Shown: positions 1 through 7,499 of the stretch, piece by piece | Layout: the number at the start of each line of letters is the position of its first letter | Position numbering within the stretch: position 1 is the first letter of the stretch | Origin: Thermoanaerobaculaceae bacterium | Lineage (GTDB): Bacteria > Acidobacteriota > Thermoanaerobaculia > Thermoanaerobaculales > Thermoanaerobaculaceae | Length of the DNA: 64,000 bases | Assembly (NCBI GenBank): GCA_035384965.1 | Contig: DAOOJE010000013.1 | Coordinates: 13,531-77,530, forward strand | Direction: 5' to 3' | Made by a program: the position numbers and the translations under genes | The notes under the pieces: model-generated | The model's database searches: none | Seen by the model: only the letters and a program-made list of their open reading frames with translations | Told to the model about the DNA's origin: nothing

Positions 1-1338
1 GGAATGCACGCGAGCCCCATCGGCGTACGGCGGCAAGAAGAGGTTGCTGATGGGCGACGGGATGCTCAGGCCGCCTGTGGAGGTCATGATCGACTGGAAC
101 ACGAACTGCGCCTTGGGGGCCGTGCCGGCAAAGCTGGTTGCCGGAAAGGTGTTGGTGGCAGGGTCAGAGCCCGAGCGGACACCGTTGCCGACAATCGACC
201 CGGAAGTATGAGTGCCATGGCCACCGCTCGGGTTGGGGTCGTCCCAGGTTGAGCGCGCCAGCGCGTAGCCTTTGATCACCCGCAACGGATTGGTGCTCGA
301 GCCCTGCTGCCCGAAGTCGTGGTGCAGCGTGGAAAGGTTGCCGGTATCGAGGCCGGTGTCCGCTGCTGCCGCGATCTGCCCCTCGCCGCGGATCCCTCGC
401 GCCCAGACGTCCTCCACGTCCATGACCGGTCCCGCCACCGCTCCCCTCCCAGTTGCGGTGTTCGCCGACGTGCGAGCGACGTTGTTGTGCAGCACGGCCT
501 CAACGAAGCGCTCGACCCACAGCGTCCCGGGCAACGCCGCCAGCCGGTAGGCCTCGCGCGCCGGCGCTTTCAGCCGGGCGATCCAGGTGTCCGGGGTGTT
601 GCCCGGGGTGATCTCCTCAGGCTCGACCGCCTTGCCCGCGATCCCCGCGCGTGCGGCAGCGAGCGACGAGTAGACGCCGCGATCCAGGATCACCGTCATG
701 TGCAGCGGTCGATCGGGGTCGTTGAGCGCGATGTACTCGAGTTTGGGGTCGAGCCGAAACGCCGGCTGGAACAACCCGGCCCAGAAAACCTCTGAACGGT
801 CGGTCAGGGCCTCGCGCTGTTGCCGGTCGAGCTGCACGAGAAAAGCGAGTTCGGGGATGTAGTCCCGCACCGCGACACGGATCGAAGCCAGATAGCTCTT
901 CAGCGCCTCCAGCTCTCGCGGCGAGGCTGCCTGCACCAAGAAGAGCTCTGGCAGGTCGTGGGCAAACTCGTCGCGAACCAGCAGCGGGTTGAAGCTCGAG
1001 AGGTCCGGCGGCAGGAAATGACGCCGACCCTGCGAGTCCATCGACACCAGGCGGGACGTCGAGAAGCGGATGGCCTTCAAGTCGATGACGGGGCCGCCCT
1101 GCGGCTCTGCGCCCTCCGCCCTGGCCGCAGCGGGCTCGAAGCGCGCCACGAAGGGGTGCTCCGCCTTCCAGGTCGAGGGAATGACGCATGGCTGCAGGGA
1201 GGGATCCTCTAGCCGGTCAGCGGAAAAGGCACCTCGAGGCGGAACCGTTGCCGATGCCTCCTCGACAACCCGGCCCGAGATCCCTGCGGAAAGGCCCACC
1301 GCAATCAGCGCGACCAGCAACTTTCTCGCCTTCCTCAT
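1..1338 (-). CDS. S8 family (subtilisin-like) serine peptidase; N-terminal 446 codons, 3' end runs off the window
   Basis: Hand translation of the minus strand from ATG 1338..1336 stays open to base 1. It reads MRKARKLLVALIAVGLSAG (signal-like), then AAAADTGLDTG (Asp motif), then DPNPSGGHGTHTSGSIVGNG (His motif, bases ~181-240). It is missing from the ORF track because it has no stop in the window. Its ATG overlaps the PqqD-like stop as ATGA. Confidence 0.85.
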   Translation of the reverse strand, partial: MRKARKLLVALIAVGLSAGISGRVVEEASATVPPRGAFSADRLEDPSLQPCVIPSTWKAEHPFVARFEPAAARAEGAEPQGGPVIDLKAIRFSTSRLVSMDSQGRRHFLPPDLSSFNPLLVRDEFAHDLPELFLVQAASPRELEALKSYLASIRVAVRDYIPELAFLVQLDRQQREALTDRSEVFWAGLFQPAFRLDPKLEYIALNDPDRPLHMTVILDRGVYSSLAAARAGIAGKAVEPEEITPGNTPDTWIARLKAPAREAYRLAALPGTLWVERFVEAVLHNNVARTSANTATGRGAVAGPVMDVEDVWARGIRGEGQIAAAADTGLDTGNLSTLHHDFGQQGSSTNPLRVIKGYALARSTWDDPNPSGGHGTHTSGSIVGNGVRSGSDPATNTFPATSFAGTAPKAQFVFQSIMTSTGGLSIPSPISNLFLPPYADGARVHS

Positions 1339-1619
1339 TTCAGCCTCCGCATCACGTCGAGCACTCCCCGGGAGGGGTGCCTCTGGGGAGTCGCTTCCGG
1401 CTCGTTCTCGAGCGCCTCCTGCGCCTCCCGTATCAGACCGCGCCCCACCAGCTCTTCGAGAAGGTGCTGCACATCGCTCAGAACCTGGTCTTTGCGGCCA
1501 CCGAACCGGGCTTGTACGGCTGAGGCGATTTCCTCCTCGGTGGCGCTACTAAGCATCTCCCAGACCAGGGAACCACTGGCATTGAGGCCCAGCGCCCTGC
1601 CTTCCACCAAATCGATCAC
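1335..1619 (-). CDS. PqqD family protein / RiPP recognition element (peptide chaperone), apparently 5'-truncated
   Basis: 94-aa ORF from GTG 1619: VIDLVEGRALGLNASGSLVWEMLSSATEEEIASAVQARFGG...DVQHLLEELVGRGLI, the classic PqqD pattern. PqqD-like sequence continues in frame upstream (NRDRVAWQVIGGEAVV, to ~1664) with no ATG/GTG/TTG. GTG 1619 is therefore the first usable start, not the ancestral one. Confidence 0.75.
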   Translation of the reverse strand: MIDLVEGRALGLNASGSLVWEMLSSATEEEIASAVQARFGGRKDQVLSDVQHLLEELVGRGLIREAQEALENEPEATPQRHPSRGVLDVMRRLK

Positions 1620-1636
1620 GACTGCCTCGCCCCCGA

Positions 1637-1981
1637 TGACTTGCCAGGCGACGCGGTCTCGATTGCTGCGGTGTTGGCCGGTCGACTCTCGCCATCGACC
1701 CCTCGGGCGAGGTGTTTGGGTGCCTGCAGTGGCGCACCGAGTCCCTCGGCAACGTGCGTGATGGTCCCCTTCATATCCTCTGGCAAATGTCGCCCGTACG
1801 TCGAAAGATCGCCGAGATGGCGGTGCTGGTCAACCAGAGACTGCTCGAGCTGGGCGAGCCCATGGCATCCGCCGCGTACTGCCCTGGCCTGGCGGCACAG
1901 CTCACCGGCGACCCGATGCAACCCGACGCCGGATCGATCGCACGAGCGACGTTGATGGCACAGATGCGGAGCGGCTCCTGA
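1637..1981 (+). pseudogene. C-terminal remnant of a PqqE-like radical SAM/SPASM-domain maturase (about 115 codons; no radical SAM core)
   Basis: Frame-2 reading after the stop at 1634-1636 gives DCCGVGRSTLAIDPSGEVFGCLQWRTESLGNVRDGPLHILWQ...YCPGLAAQLTGDPMQPDAGS. This parallels the PqqE C-terminus as I recall it (CMGGWG..L.V.PDG..LPC....NVRD.SLH.IW....C.C.AF.LTGD...DP.C), but several SPASM cysteines are lost. Hand-counted GC3 over 1787-1921 is ~84 % versus ~72 % for the antisense frame. The space where the N-terminal ~250 aa should lie holds minus-strand genes. Confidence 0.55.
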
Positions 1982-2811
1982 AGGTCCTCCTCGGCGGGTC
2001 GGTCCTGGAGGTCTGTCCGGACGCCAGCCTCAACGTCCAGGAGCGGGAAGCTCTGGCTCTCCTTGCCACCGGCGAGCACATCGCGGTCATGCCGGACTTC
2101 CGTCTCGAGATCGTCCCCGCTCCGCCCTGGCCGCGCGACGACCCGTTTCGGCCTCCGTGGGGAGAGCCAGCGCGCGTGGCCGTTGCGGCCGACGAGGTCG
2201 TGCTCAGCCACCACCTCTTCCGGGCGCATCTGGATCCCTGGCAGCGCCAGGGGCGTCTGATCCGCGTCGACGACAGCGGTGCCGCGCTCGCGATCACGCT
2301 GAGGGTCGCCCTCTGTAGCCTGCTCCCCCTTTCAGGTGGGCTCCCTTTGCACGCGGCCGGGGTCATCGCGCTCGGCCGCGGGCTCGTGTTTTTCGGGCCA
2401 TCGGGGGCTGGAAAGTCGACCCTGGCTGGCTGCAGCCCGTTCCCGGTTGTCTCCGACGAGCTGGTCGTGGTGCGTGGCGACCCACCCGTGCTCGAGCCCA
2501 GTGGGTTCTGGGGCGCCAGAGAGGACACCAACCCGGGCGCAGGAGCCCGGGTGCCTCTGCGAGCCCTCATCAAGCTCGACCAGGGACCGAGATTCGAGCT
2601 GGTCCCGCTACCTCCCGCCGAGGCGTGGCGCCAGTTGACCGAGGTCGTCCTCATCCCGGGACAACCACGGCTGTGGCGTCAGGCCGTGGACGTGATGGCG
2701 CGCCTGGTTGCCGGGGTACCGGTCTTCCGCATGCCCTGGAACCCATCCCTCCCCCCATGGGAGGACCTACTGGCAGCGCTCTCGGAAGCCAGCGCCTTCG
2801 AGCCGACGTGA
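1978..2811 (+). CDS. HprK-related serine kinase (HPr kinase C-terminal-like P-loop protein of the kind paired with PqqD proteins)
   Basis: The ORF track gives ATG 2089..2811 (240 aa) with P-loop GPSGAGKST. Frame-1 coding signal (hand-counted GC3 ~89 %) continues upstream to 1984 (VLLGGSVLEVCPDASLNVQEREALALLATGEHIAV) with no ATG/GTG/TTG. CTG 1978 has GGAG 6 nt upstream and overlaps the SPASM-remnant stop as CTGA. The start is therefore uncertain: 1978 or 2089. Confidence 0.65.
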   Translation: MKVLLGGSVLEVCPDASLNVQEREALALLATGEHIAVMPDFRLEIVPAPPWPRDDPFRPPWGEPARVAVAADEVVLSHHLFRAHLDPWQRQGRLIRVDDSGAALAITLRVALCSLLPLSGGLPLHAAGVIALGRGLVFFGPSGAGKSTLAGCSPFPVVSDELVVVRGDPPVLEPSGFWGAREDTNPGAGARVPLRALIKLDQGPRFELVPLPPAEAWRQLTEVVLIPGQPRLWRQAVDVMARLVAGVPVFRMPWNPSLPPWEDLLAALSEASAFEPT

Positions 2812-3013
2812 CCCCTCGCGAGGTCACCAGGACAGCAGCACTCAAGCGGCGGCGAGAATTGAAGCATCGGCGAGAAGGTGGGAAAGCCAGCCAGCACAAG
2901 CGGCCAGCATACCTCGGCGGTCTGCTGGTCGTCTCGCGCCACCGGACGCCTGAAGTGGGTCCTTCTGATCCGCCGGCAGGTGGTGTAGCCTGCGCTCCTG
3001 TCGGGAGGCCTCG

Positions 3014-4711
3014 ATGACGAGGAAAGCTTTCTGGAGTGTGGTGCTGCTGGCCGGCCTGCTCGGCCCGGCCGCGGTCGCGCAGGAAATCGTGAGCAGCGGG
3101 ACCACGCAGCCCCGCCTGACGGTATTCGAGGGGTTCTTCAACCCGGGGTGCGGGGTGTGCGCCGCTGCCGCCACGGCCGTGGAGCAGCTCGCCGCACAGT
3201 ATGCGAGCGAGCCGGTGGTGTTCCTCGAGGATGCGGTTTACGGTTCCAAAGGCGACCGGATCACGCGCTACCAGGCGGTCGGCAACGGCTGGTACTTCCC
3301 GTTCATCATGGTCAACAGCGGGCACCAACACACCGAAGGGCCCCACACCGACTTTCTCGCCAAGTACAAGAGCATGGTCGACGCCGAAAAGGTGCGCTCT
3401 GCCCTGGTCGAGGTCGCCGCCTGGCACCGGCGCATCGGCGACGTGGTCAAGATGTACGTCGACGTCGTCAACACGACCTCCGCCACGCTCGGCCCCTCCA
3501 CCTTCCCGACCTGGGTGCACGGCCTCGTCTGGGAGGAGGCCAAGGTGGGGGAGACCAACCGCTATGTGCGCGCCGCCATGGTCACCGAGGCACCGGCTCT
3601 AGCGCCGGGCGCCCGCGGGGGGTTCACGCTCGAGAGCCCGGAGCTCACGCCGGTGAGCTGGGACAAGGTGCACGCCCTCGCCATCGTCGACTACAAGCCC
3701 GGCGGCATCACCGGCACGACCTACGACATGCTGCAGGCCGCGCACGCCCAGCCGGCGGCGTTCACGCCAAGTACTACGCAGCTGGCGTTCACCTTCCCGG
3801 CCGGCTCGCCGACCGCGCAAGTGCGCTTCGCCGGCCCCCACGTCTTGCAGTGGACCGCCGCCTCCGACCGCCCGTGGTTGACGGTTTCACCGCCCAGCGG
3901 CCCGCTCGCCACGCCGGCGGTGGTGGCGGTCGACGAACTCGCCTTGCAGGTCGGCGAGAACACCGGCACGATCACGTTTTCCGCCACGTCCCCCGACGGC
4001 ATGAGCTTTGTCGCCACGGTGGCGGTGACGGCCACCCAGGCTGCGCCTGTGCGCGTCCAGGAGCTGCCGGGCATCGCCTCGGCGCCTGGCTCCAACCAGA
4101 CGGTGTGGCGATCTTCCGTGACGCTGTTCAACCCGCTGGCCACGCCGGCGCCGGTCAAGCTCGAAATCGTGCCGCGCGACGGCGCCACCGTGGTGGCGTC
4201 TCGGCAGATCACCATGGCCCCCGGCGAGCTCGTGACGATCCCGAACCTCTACCAGGAGCTGGCGGCACCCTCGGGGGCCGGCACGCTGCGGGTGACCGGC
4301 GAGGCGCTGGTCTGGGCCCGAACGTTCAACCAGGGTCAGGAGGGAACGTTCGGCCAGGACCTGGTGGGGAGCGGCGAGGCCGTGTTCGAGGCCGGCGAGC
4401 AGGCGCTCTTCCCGATCGCGACGGCCACCAACCTGCTCACGCAGTTCCGCTCCAACTTTCTGCTTCTCAACCTCGAGAGCACGCCGATCGACGTGACACT
4501 GCAGTCGGGCACGGCCAGCAAGGTGATCACCCTCCCGGCTCGCACCTACCGCCAGCTCGACCAGGTGGGCAAGCAGCAGCTCGGCCTGCCGGCCGGCACC
4601 GCGATGCTCACCGTGCACGCGACCGGCAGGTGGGTGGGATATGTCTCGACCGTGGACCCGGTCACCGGCGACCCGACGACGGTGCGCGGACAGAAGGTGC
4701 CGGCGCCGTGA
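3014..4711 (+). CDS. exported hypothetical protein with thioredoxin-like CxxC N-domain and beta-rich C-terminal region
   Basis: 565-aa ORF with GGGAGG 5 nt before the ATG. It has a signal peptide (MTRKAFWSVVLLAGLLGPAAVAQE) and a CxxC motif (FNPGCGVCAAA). The rest is Ig/BACON-like beta-rich sequence. I do not recognise a family. Confidence 0.8.
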   Translation: MTRKAFWSVVLLAGLLGPAAVAQEIVSSGTTQPRLTVFEGFFNPGCGVCAAAATAVEQLAAQYASEPVVFLEDAVYGSKGDRITRYQAVGNGWYFPFIMVNSGHQHTEGPHTDFLAKYKSMVDAEKVRSALVEVAAWHRRIGDVVKMYVDVVNTTSATLGPSTFPTWVHGLVWEEAKVGETNRYVRAAMVTEAPALAPGARGGFTLESPELTPVSWDKVHALAIVDYKPGGITGTTYDMLQAAHAQPAAFTPSTTQLAFTFPAGSPTAQVRFAGPHVLQWTAASDRPWLTVSPPSGPLATPAVVAVDELALQVGENTGTITFSATSPDGMSFVATVAVTATQAAPVRVQELPGIASAPGSNQTVWRSSVTLFNPLATPAPVKLEIVPRDGATVVASRQITMAPGELVTIPNLYQELAAPSGAGTLRVTGEALVWARTFNQGQEGTFGQDLVGSGEAVFEAGEQALFPIATATNLLTQFRSNFLLLNLESTPIDVTLQSGTASKVITLPARTYRQLDQVGKQQLGLPAGTAMLTVHATGRWVGYVSTVDPVTGDPTTVRGQKVPAP

Positions 4712-5829
4712 GGTTCCTTCCCGCAGCCGCGATCGTGCTGGGCGCGGGCGTTGCGGCAGCCCAGACGGCCCCGCCGACCCTTGCCGAGATGCGGTCCGAA
4801 ATGGGGATCGCGTCGACGCCCGAGGTGCGGGGTCAGCGCGATGCCGTGGGGTTCGCGTCCACGGCGGCCGAGATGGCGGCCGCGTGGGACGGCTCGGGCC
4901 CGCTCCTGCCCGAGGAACGGCTCGGCCCGGCTCCGCCGCCGGGGATCGCCGGCGCCGTCTGCCCCCACGACGACTACCTCTACGCCGGGCGCGTCTACAA
5001 GGCGGTGTTGCCGCTCGTCACGGCCCGCACCGTCGTGCTCGTGGGGGTGTTTCACCGCTGGAAGCGGTTCGGCGCCCGCGACGTGTTGGTGTTCGACACC
5101 TATCGGGCGTGGCGTACCCCGGACGGGGAGCTTACCGTTTCGCCGGTGCGCGAAGAGCTGCATGCGGCGCTGCCCCCCGGAGCGGCGGTGGTCTCCGACA
5201 CGATGCACGACAGCGAGCACTCGCTCGAGGCGCTCGCCTACTGGCTCCGCCACGGCCGGCCCGGGCGCGAGATCGTGCCGGTGCTGGTGGCCACCTCCTC
5301 GTTCGAGCGGCTGCAGACGCTCGCCAGCCAGCTCGCCGCCGCGCTGGCCCCGATGCTGCAGCGGCAGGGCTGGCAGCTCGGGCGCGACGTGGCGGTCGTC
5401 ATCTCCGCGGACGCCGTGCACTACGGTCCCGATTTCGGCCATGTCCCGTTCGGCGAGGGTGGCATCGAGGCGTACCGGCAAGCCACGGCGCGCGACCGGG
5501 CGCTTTTGGTCGGGCCGCTGGCCGGGCCGCTGACCGTGGAGAAGGTGCGGCAGGCGTACGAGACCTGGGTGGATCCCGCCGACCCCGGAACCTACCGCGT
5601 GTCGTGGTGCGGGCGGTTTTCGATTCCGCTCGGGCTGCTGCTCCTGCGTGACCTGGCCAGACGGCTCGGCCTCCCTGCGCCCGTGGGCGTGCCGGTGGCG
5701 TACGGCACCTCGGTGGGCGGCCCGGAGGTCACCACGCGCGAGAGCGGGCTCGGGGTCACCGCCCCCGCCAACCTCTACCACTTCGTCGGCTACCCCGGCC
5801 TGGCGGTGGTGCTGCCGCCGGCGGCCTGA
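4708..5829 (+). CDS. MEMO1 / AmmeMemoRadiSam system protein B family protein with N-terminal signal-like extension
   Basis: GTG 4708 overlaps the upstream stop as GTGA. The N-terminus VRFLPAAAIVLGAGVAAAQTAPP is signal-like. Family motifs are present: VCPHDDYLYAGRVY, HDSEHSLEA, ISADAVHYGPDFG. The track ORF 3148..5829 is an over-extension in the same frame. Confidence 0.8.
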   Translation: MRFLPAAAIVLGAGVAAAQTAPPTLAEMRSEMGIASTPEVRGQRDAVGFASTAAEMAAAWDGSGPLLPEERLGPAPPPGIAGAVCPHDDYLYAGRVYKAVLPLVTARTVVLVGVFHRWKRFGARDVLVFDTYRAWRTPDGELTVSPVREELHAALPPGAAVVSDTMHDSEHSLEALAYWLRHGRPGREIVPVLVATSSFERLQTLASQLAAALAPMLQRQGWQLGRDVAVVISADAVHYGPDFGHVPFGEGGIEAYRQATARDRALLVGPLAGPLTVEKVRQAYETWVDPADPGTYRVSWCGRFSIPLGLLLLRDLARRLGLPAPVGVPVAYGTSVGGPEVTTRESGLGVTAPANLYHFVGYPGLAVVLPPAA

Positions 5830-5837
5830 GGCCAGCG

Positions 5838-7499
5838 ATGGAACGCTGGCCGCCTGCGGTCGAGGCGTCCGGCGACCACTACTGCCGCGTCGTCTGCGGC
5901 CACCGCATCGATTTCGCCACGCACGAGCGCGTGCGGCGCGCCTTCGCGGCGCTTGCGGCGGCAGGGCTCGAGGACGTGGAGAACCTGCACCCCGCCTACG
6001 CGACGGTCGGCGTGAGCTTCGACCCGCGGCGGGTGAAGGTCGAGACCATGCGCGAGACGATCGAAGCCGCGCTCCGTGAGGCGGGGGCGATCGAGCTGCC
6101 TGCCGCCCGCCGGGTCGAGCTCCCGGTCGCCTACGGCGGCGAGGTGGGACCGGATCTCGAGGACGTGGCCCGCCACACCGGTCTCTCGCCGCAGGAGGTC
6201 GCGGCGCGCCACAGCGCCGCCACCTATCTCGTGCACTTCCTGGGCTTCTCGCCGGGCTTTCCCTACCTCGGGGGGCTGCCGCCCGAGCTCGAGACCCCGC
6301 GCCTGTCCACCCCTCGGCCGCGGGTTCCGGCAGGCTCGGTGGCAATCGGTGGCGCCCAGACCGGCGTCTATCCCCAGGCCACGCCCGGCGGGTGGCGCGT
6401 CATCGGCCGCACCCCGCTGCGGCTGTTCGACCCGAGCCGGCCCGCGCCGGCGCTGCTCGCTCTCGGCGATCGCGTGGTCTTCCGTCCGCTGCCGCCGGGC
6501 TCCTGGGTCGAAATCGAGCCGTGCCGACCCGCGCCTCCCGACCCCGCCGGCGTCCCGGTGGCCGAGGTGCTGCGGCCGGGGCTGCTCACCACCGTGCAAG
6601 ATCTCGGCCGGCCCGGTTTCGCCCACCTCGGCGTGGGGCAGGGCGGGGCGGCCGACCCGGTGAGCCTGCGCATCGCCAACCTGCTCGTCGGCAACCCCGA
6701 GGGCGCCCCCGCCCTCGAGATCACGTTCGGCGGGTGCGCGCTCCGTCTGCTGCGCGACGCCGTCGTCGCGGCGACCGGGGCCGACGCGGCGCTGCGCGCC
6801 GGCACCCTGGAGGCACCGGGCTGGCAGCCCGTGGCGGTCCGGGCGGGCGAGGTGCTCGAGATGGGCGCGGCGAGGGAGGGGGCTCGCACCTACCTTGCCG
6901 TGCGCGGGGGGCTGGCCGTGCCGCCGGTGATGGGGAGCGCCTCGACGCACCTCGCGGCGGGGTTCGGCGGCACGGAAGGCCGGGGTCTGCGCGCCGGCGA
7001 CGTGCTGCGGGTCACGCCTGTCCCGGCTCCGAGCTCTCGGCGCGCCAGGGCGGTGGACCCGGCCGTCCGCGCCTTCCTCACCCGAGCCGGCACGCTGCGA
7101 ATCCTGCCGGGGGCCCATGTCGGAGCCCTCGGCGAGGCTGCGCTCGCGGCGCTGACCGGCACACCGTTCACGGTCACCGCCCGCTCCGACCGCACCGGCG
7201 TGCGGCTTGCCGGCGAGCCGGTGGGCTCCACGGCCGGTGCTTGTCTGACCGAAGGCGTCCCGGCCGGCGCGGTGCAGGTCCCGCCGGACGGCCAGCCGAT
7301 CGTGATGCTGGCCGACCACCCCACGACCGGAGGGTACCCGCAGCTCGCCACGGTCATTGCCGCCGACCTCCACCGTGTCGGACAGCTCCGGCCCGGCGGT
7401 GCCGTGCGCTTCGAGCTTGTGGACGGGCCTGCAGCGGCCGCGGCCCTGGCCGAGCTGGAGCGGGTTGTGGCAGGCTTCGCGCCGGGAGGGCGTCGGTGA
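5838..7499 (+). CDS. pxpBC: fused 5-oxoprolinase subunits PxpB-PxpC (KipI/KipA-type, allophanate hydrolase subunit 1+2 domains)
   Basis: 553-aa ORF. The first half has LGFSPGFPYLGGLP...GSVAIGG.QTGVYP..TPGGW..IGRTP (PxpB/KipI). The second half has GLLTTVQDLGRPGF.HLGV..GGA.D......AN.LVGN and HPTTGGYPQLATVI (PxpC/KipA). Confidence 0.85.
   Translation: MERWPPAVEASGDHYCRVVCGHRIDFATHERVRRAFAALAAAGLEDVENLHPAYATVGVSFDPRRVKVETMRETIEAALREAGAIELPAARRVELPVAYGGEVGPDLEDVARHTGLSPQEVAARHSAATYLVHFLGFSPGFPYLGGLPPELETPRLSTPRPRVPAGSVAIGGAQTGVYPQATPGGWRVIGRTPLRLFDPSRPAPALLALGDRVVFRPLPPGSWVEIEPCRPAPPDPAGVPVAEVLRPGLLTTVQDLGRPGFAHLGVGQGGAADPVSLRIANLLVGNPEGAPALEITFGGCALRLLRDAVVAATGADAALRAGTLEAPGWQPVAVRAGEVLEMGAAREGARTYLAVRGGLAVPPVMGSASTHLAAGFGGTEGRGLRAGDVLRVTPVPAPSSRRARAVDPAVRAFLTRAGTLRILPGAHVGALGEAALAALTGTPFTVTARSDRTGVRLAGEPVGSTAGACLTEGVPAGAVQVPPDGQPIVMLADHPTTGGYPQLATVIAADLHRVGQLRPGGAVRFELVDGPAAAAALAELERVVAGFAPGGRR

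Noticed and set aside
1616-1774. 52-aa minus-strand ORF (MKGTITHVAEGLGAPLQ...SSGARQS) ending in Ser and overlapping the PqqD GTG as GTGA. It looked like a precursor peptide for a kinase-modified RiPP.
   Set aside because: It lies antisense to the SPASM-remnant frame, which has higher third-position GC by my hand counts (about 84 % over 1787-1921, against about 73 % for this ORF). Its only SD-like sequence (AGAGGA) is 1 nt from the ATG. The 3' part of the ORF overlaps the upstream, startless continuation of PqqD homology in another frame. I cannot support it as a gene without expression or conservation data.
1787-1981. 64-aa plus-strand ORF from ATG 1787 (MSPVRRKIAEMAVLVNQ...MRSGS), also ending in Ser, as an independent small peptide gene.
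   Set aside because: The same frame is open and homologous to PqqE upstream of the ATG (…GNVRDGPLHILWQ-MSPV…). It is therefore the tail of the SPASM remnant, not a separate peptide gene.
2812-2942. Cys-rich small ORF on the minus strand (MARDDQQTAEVCWPLVLAGFPTFSPMLQFSPPLECCCPGD…), and a 36-codon GTG ORF on the plus strand, in the kinase/exported-protein spacer.
   Set aside because: Third-position GC is only ~72-80 % by hand count. There is no convincing SD. The minus-strand ORF runs into the kinase coding region. Evidence is insufficient.
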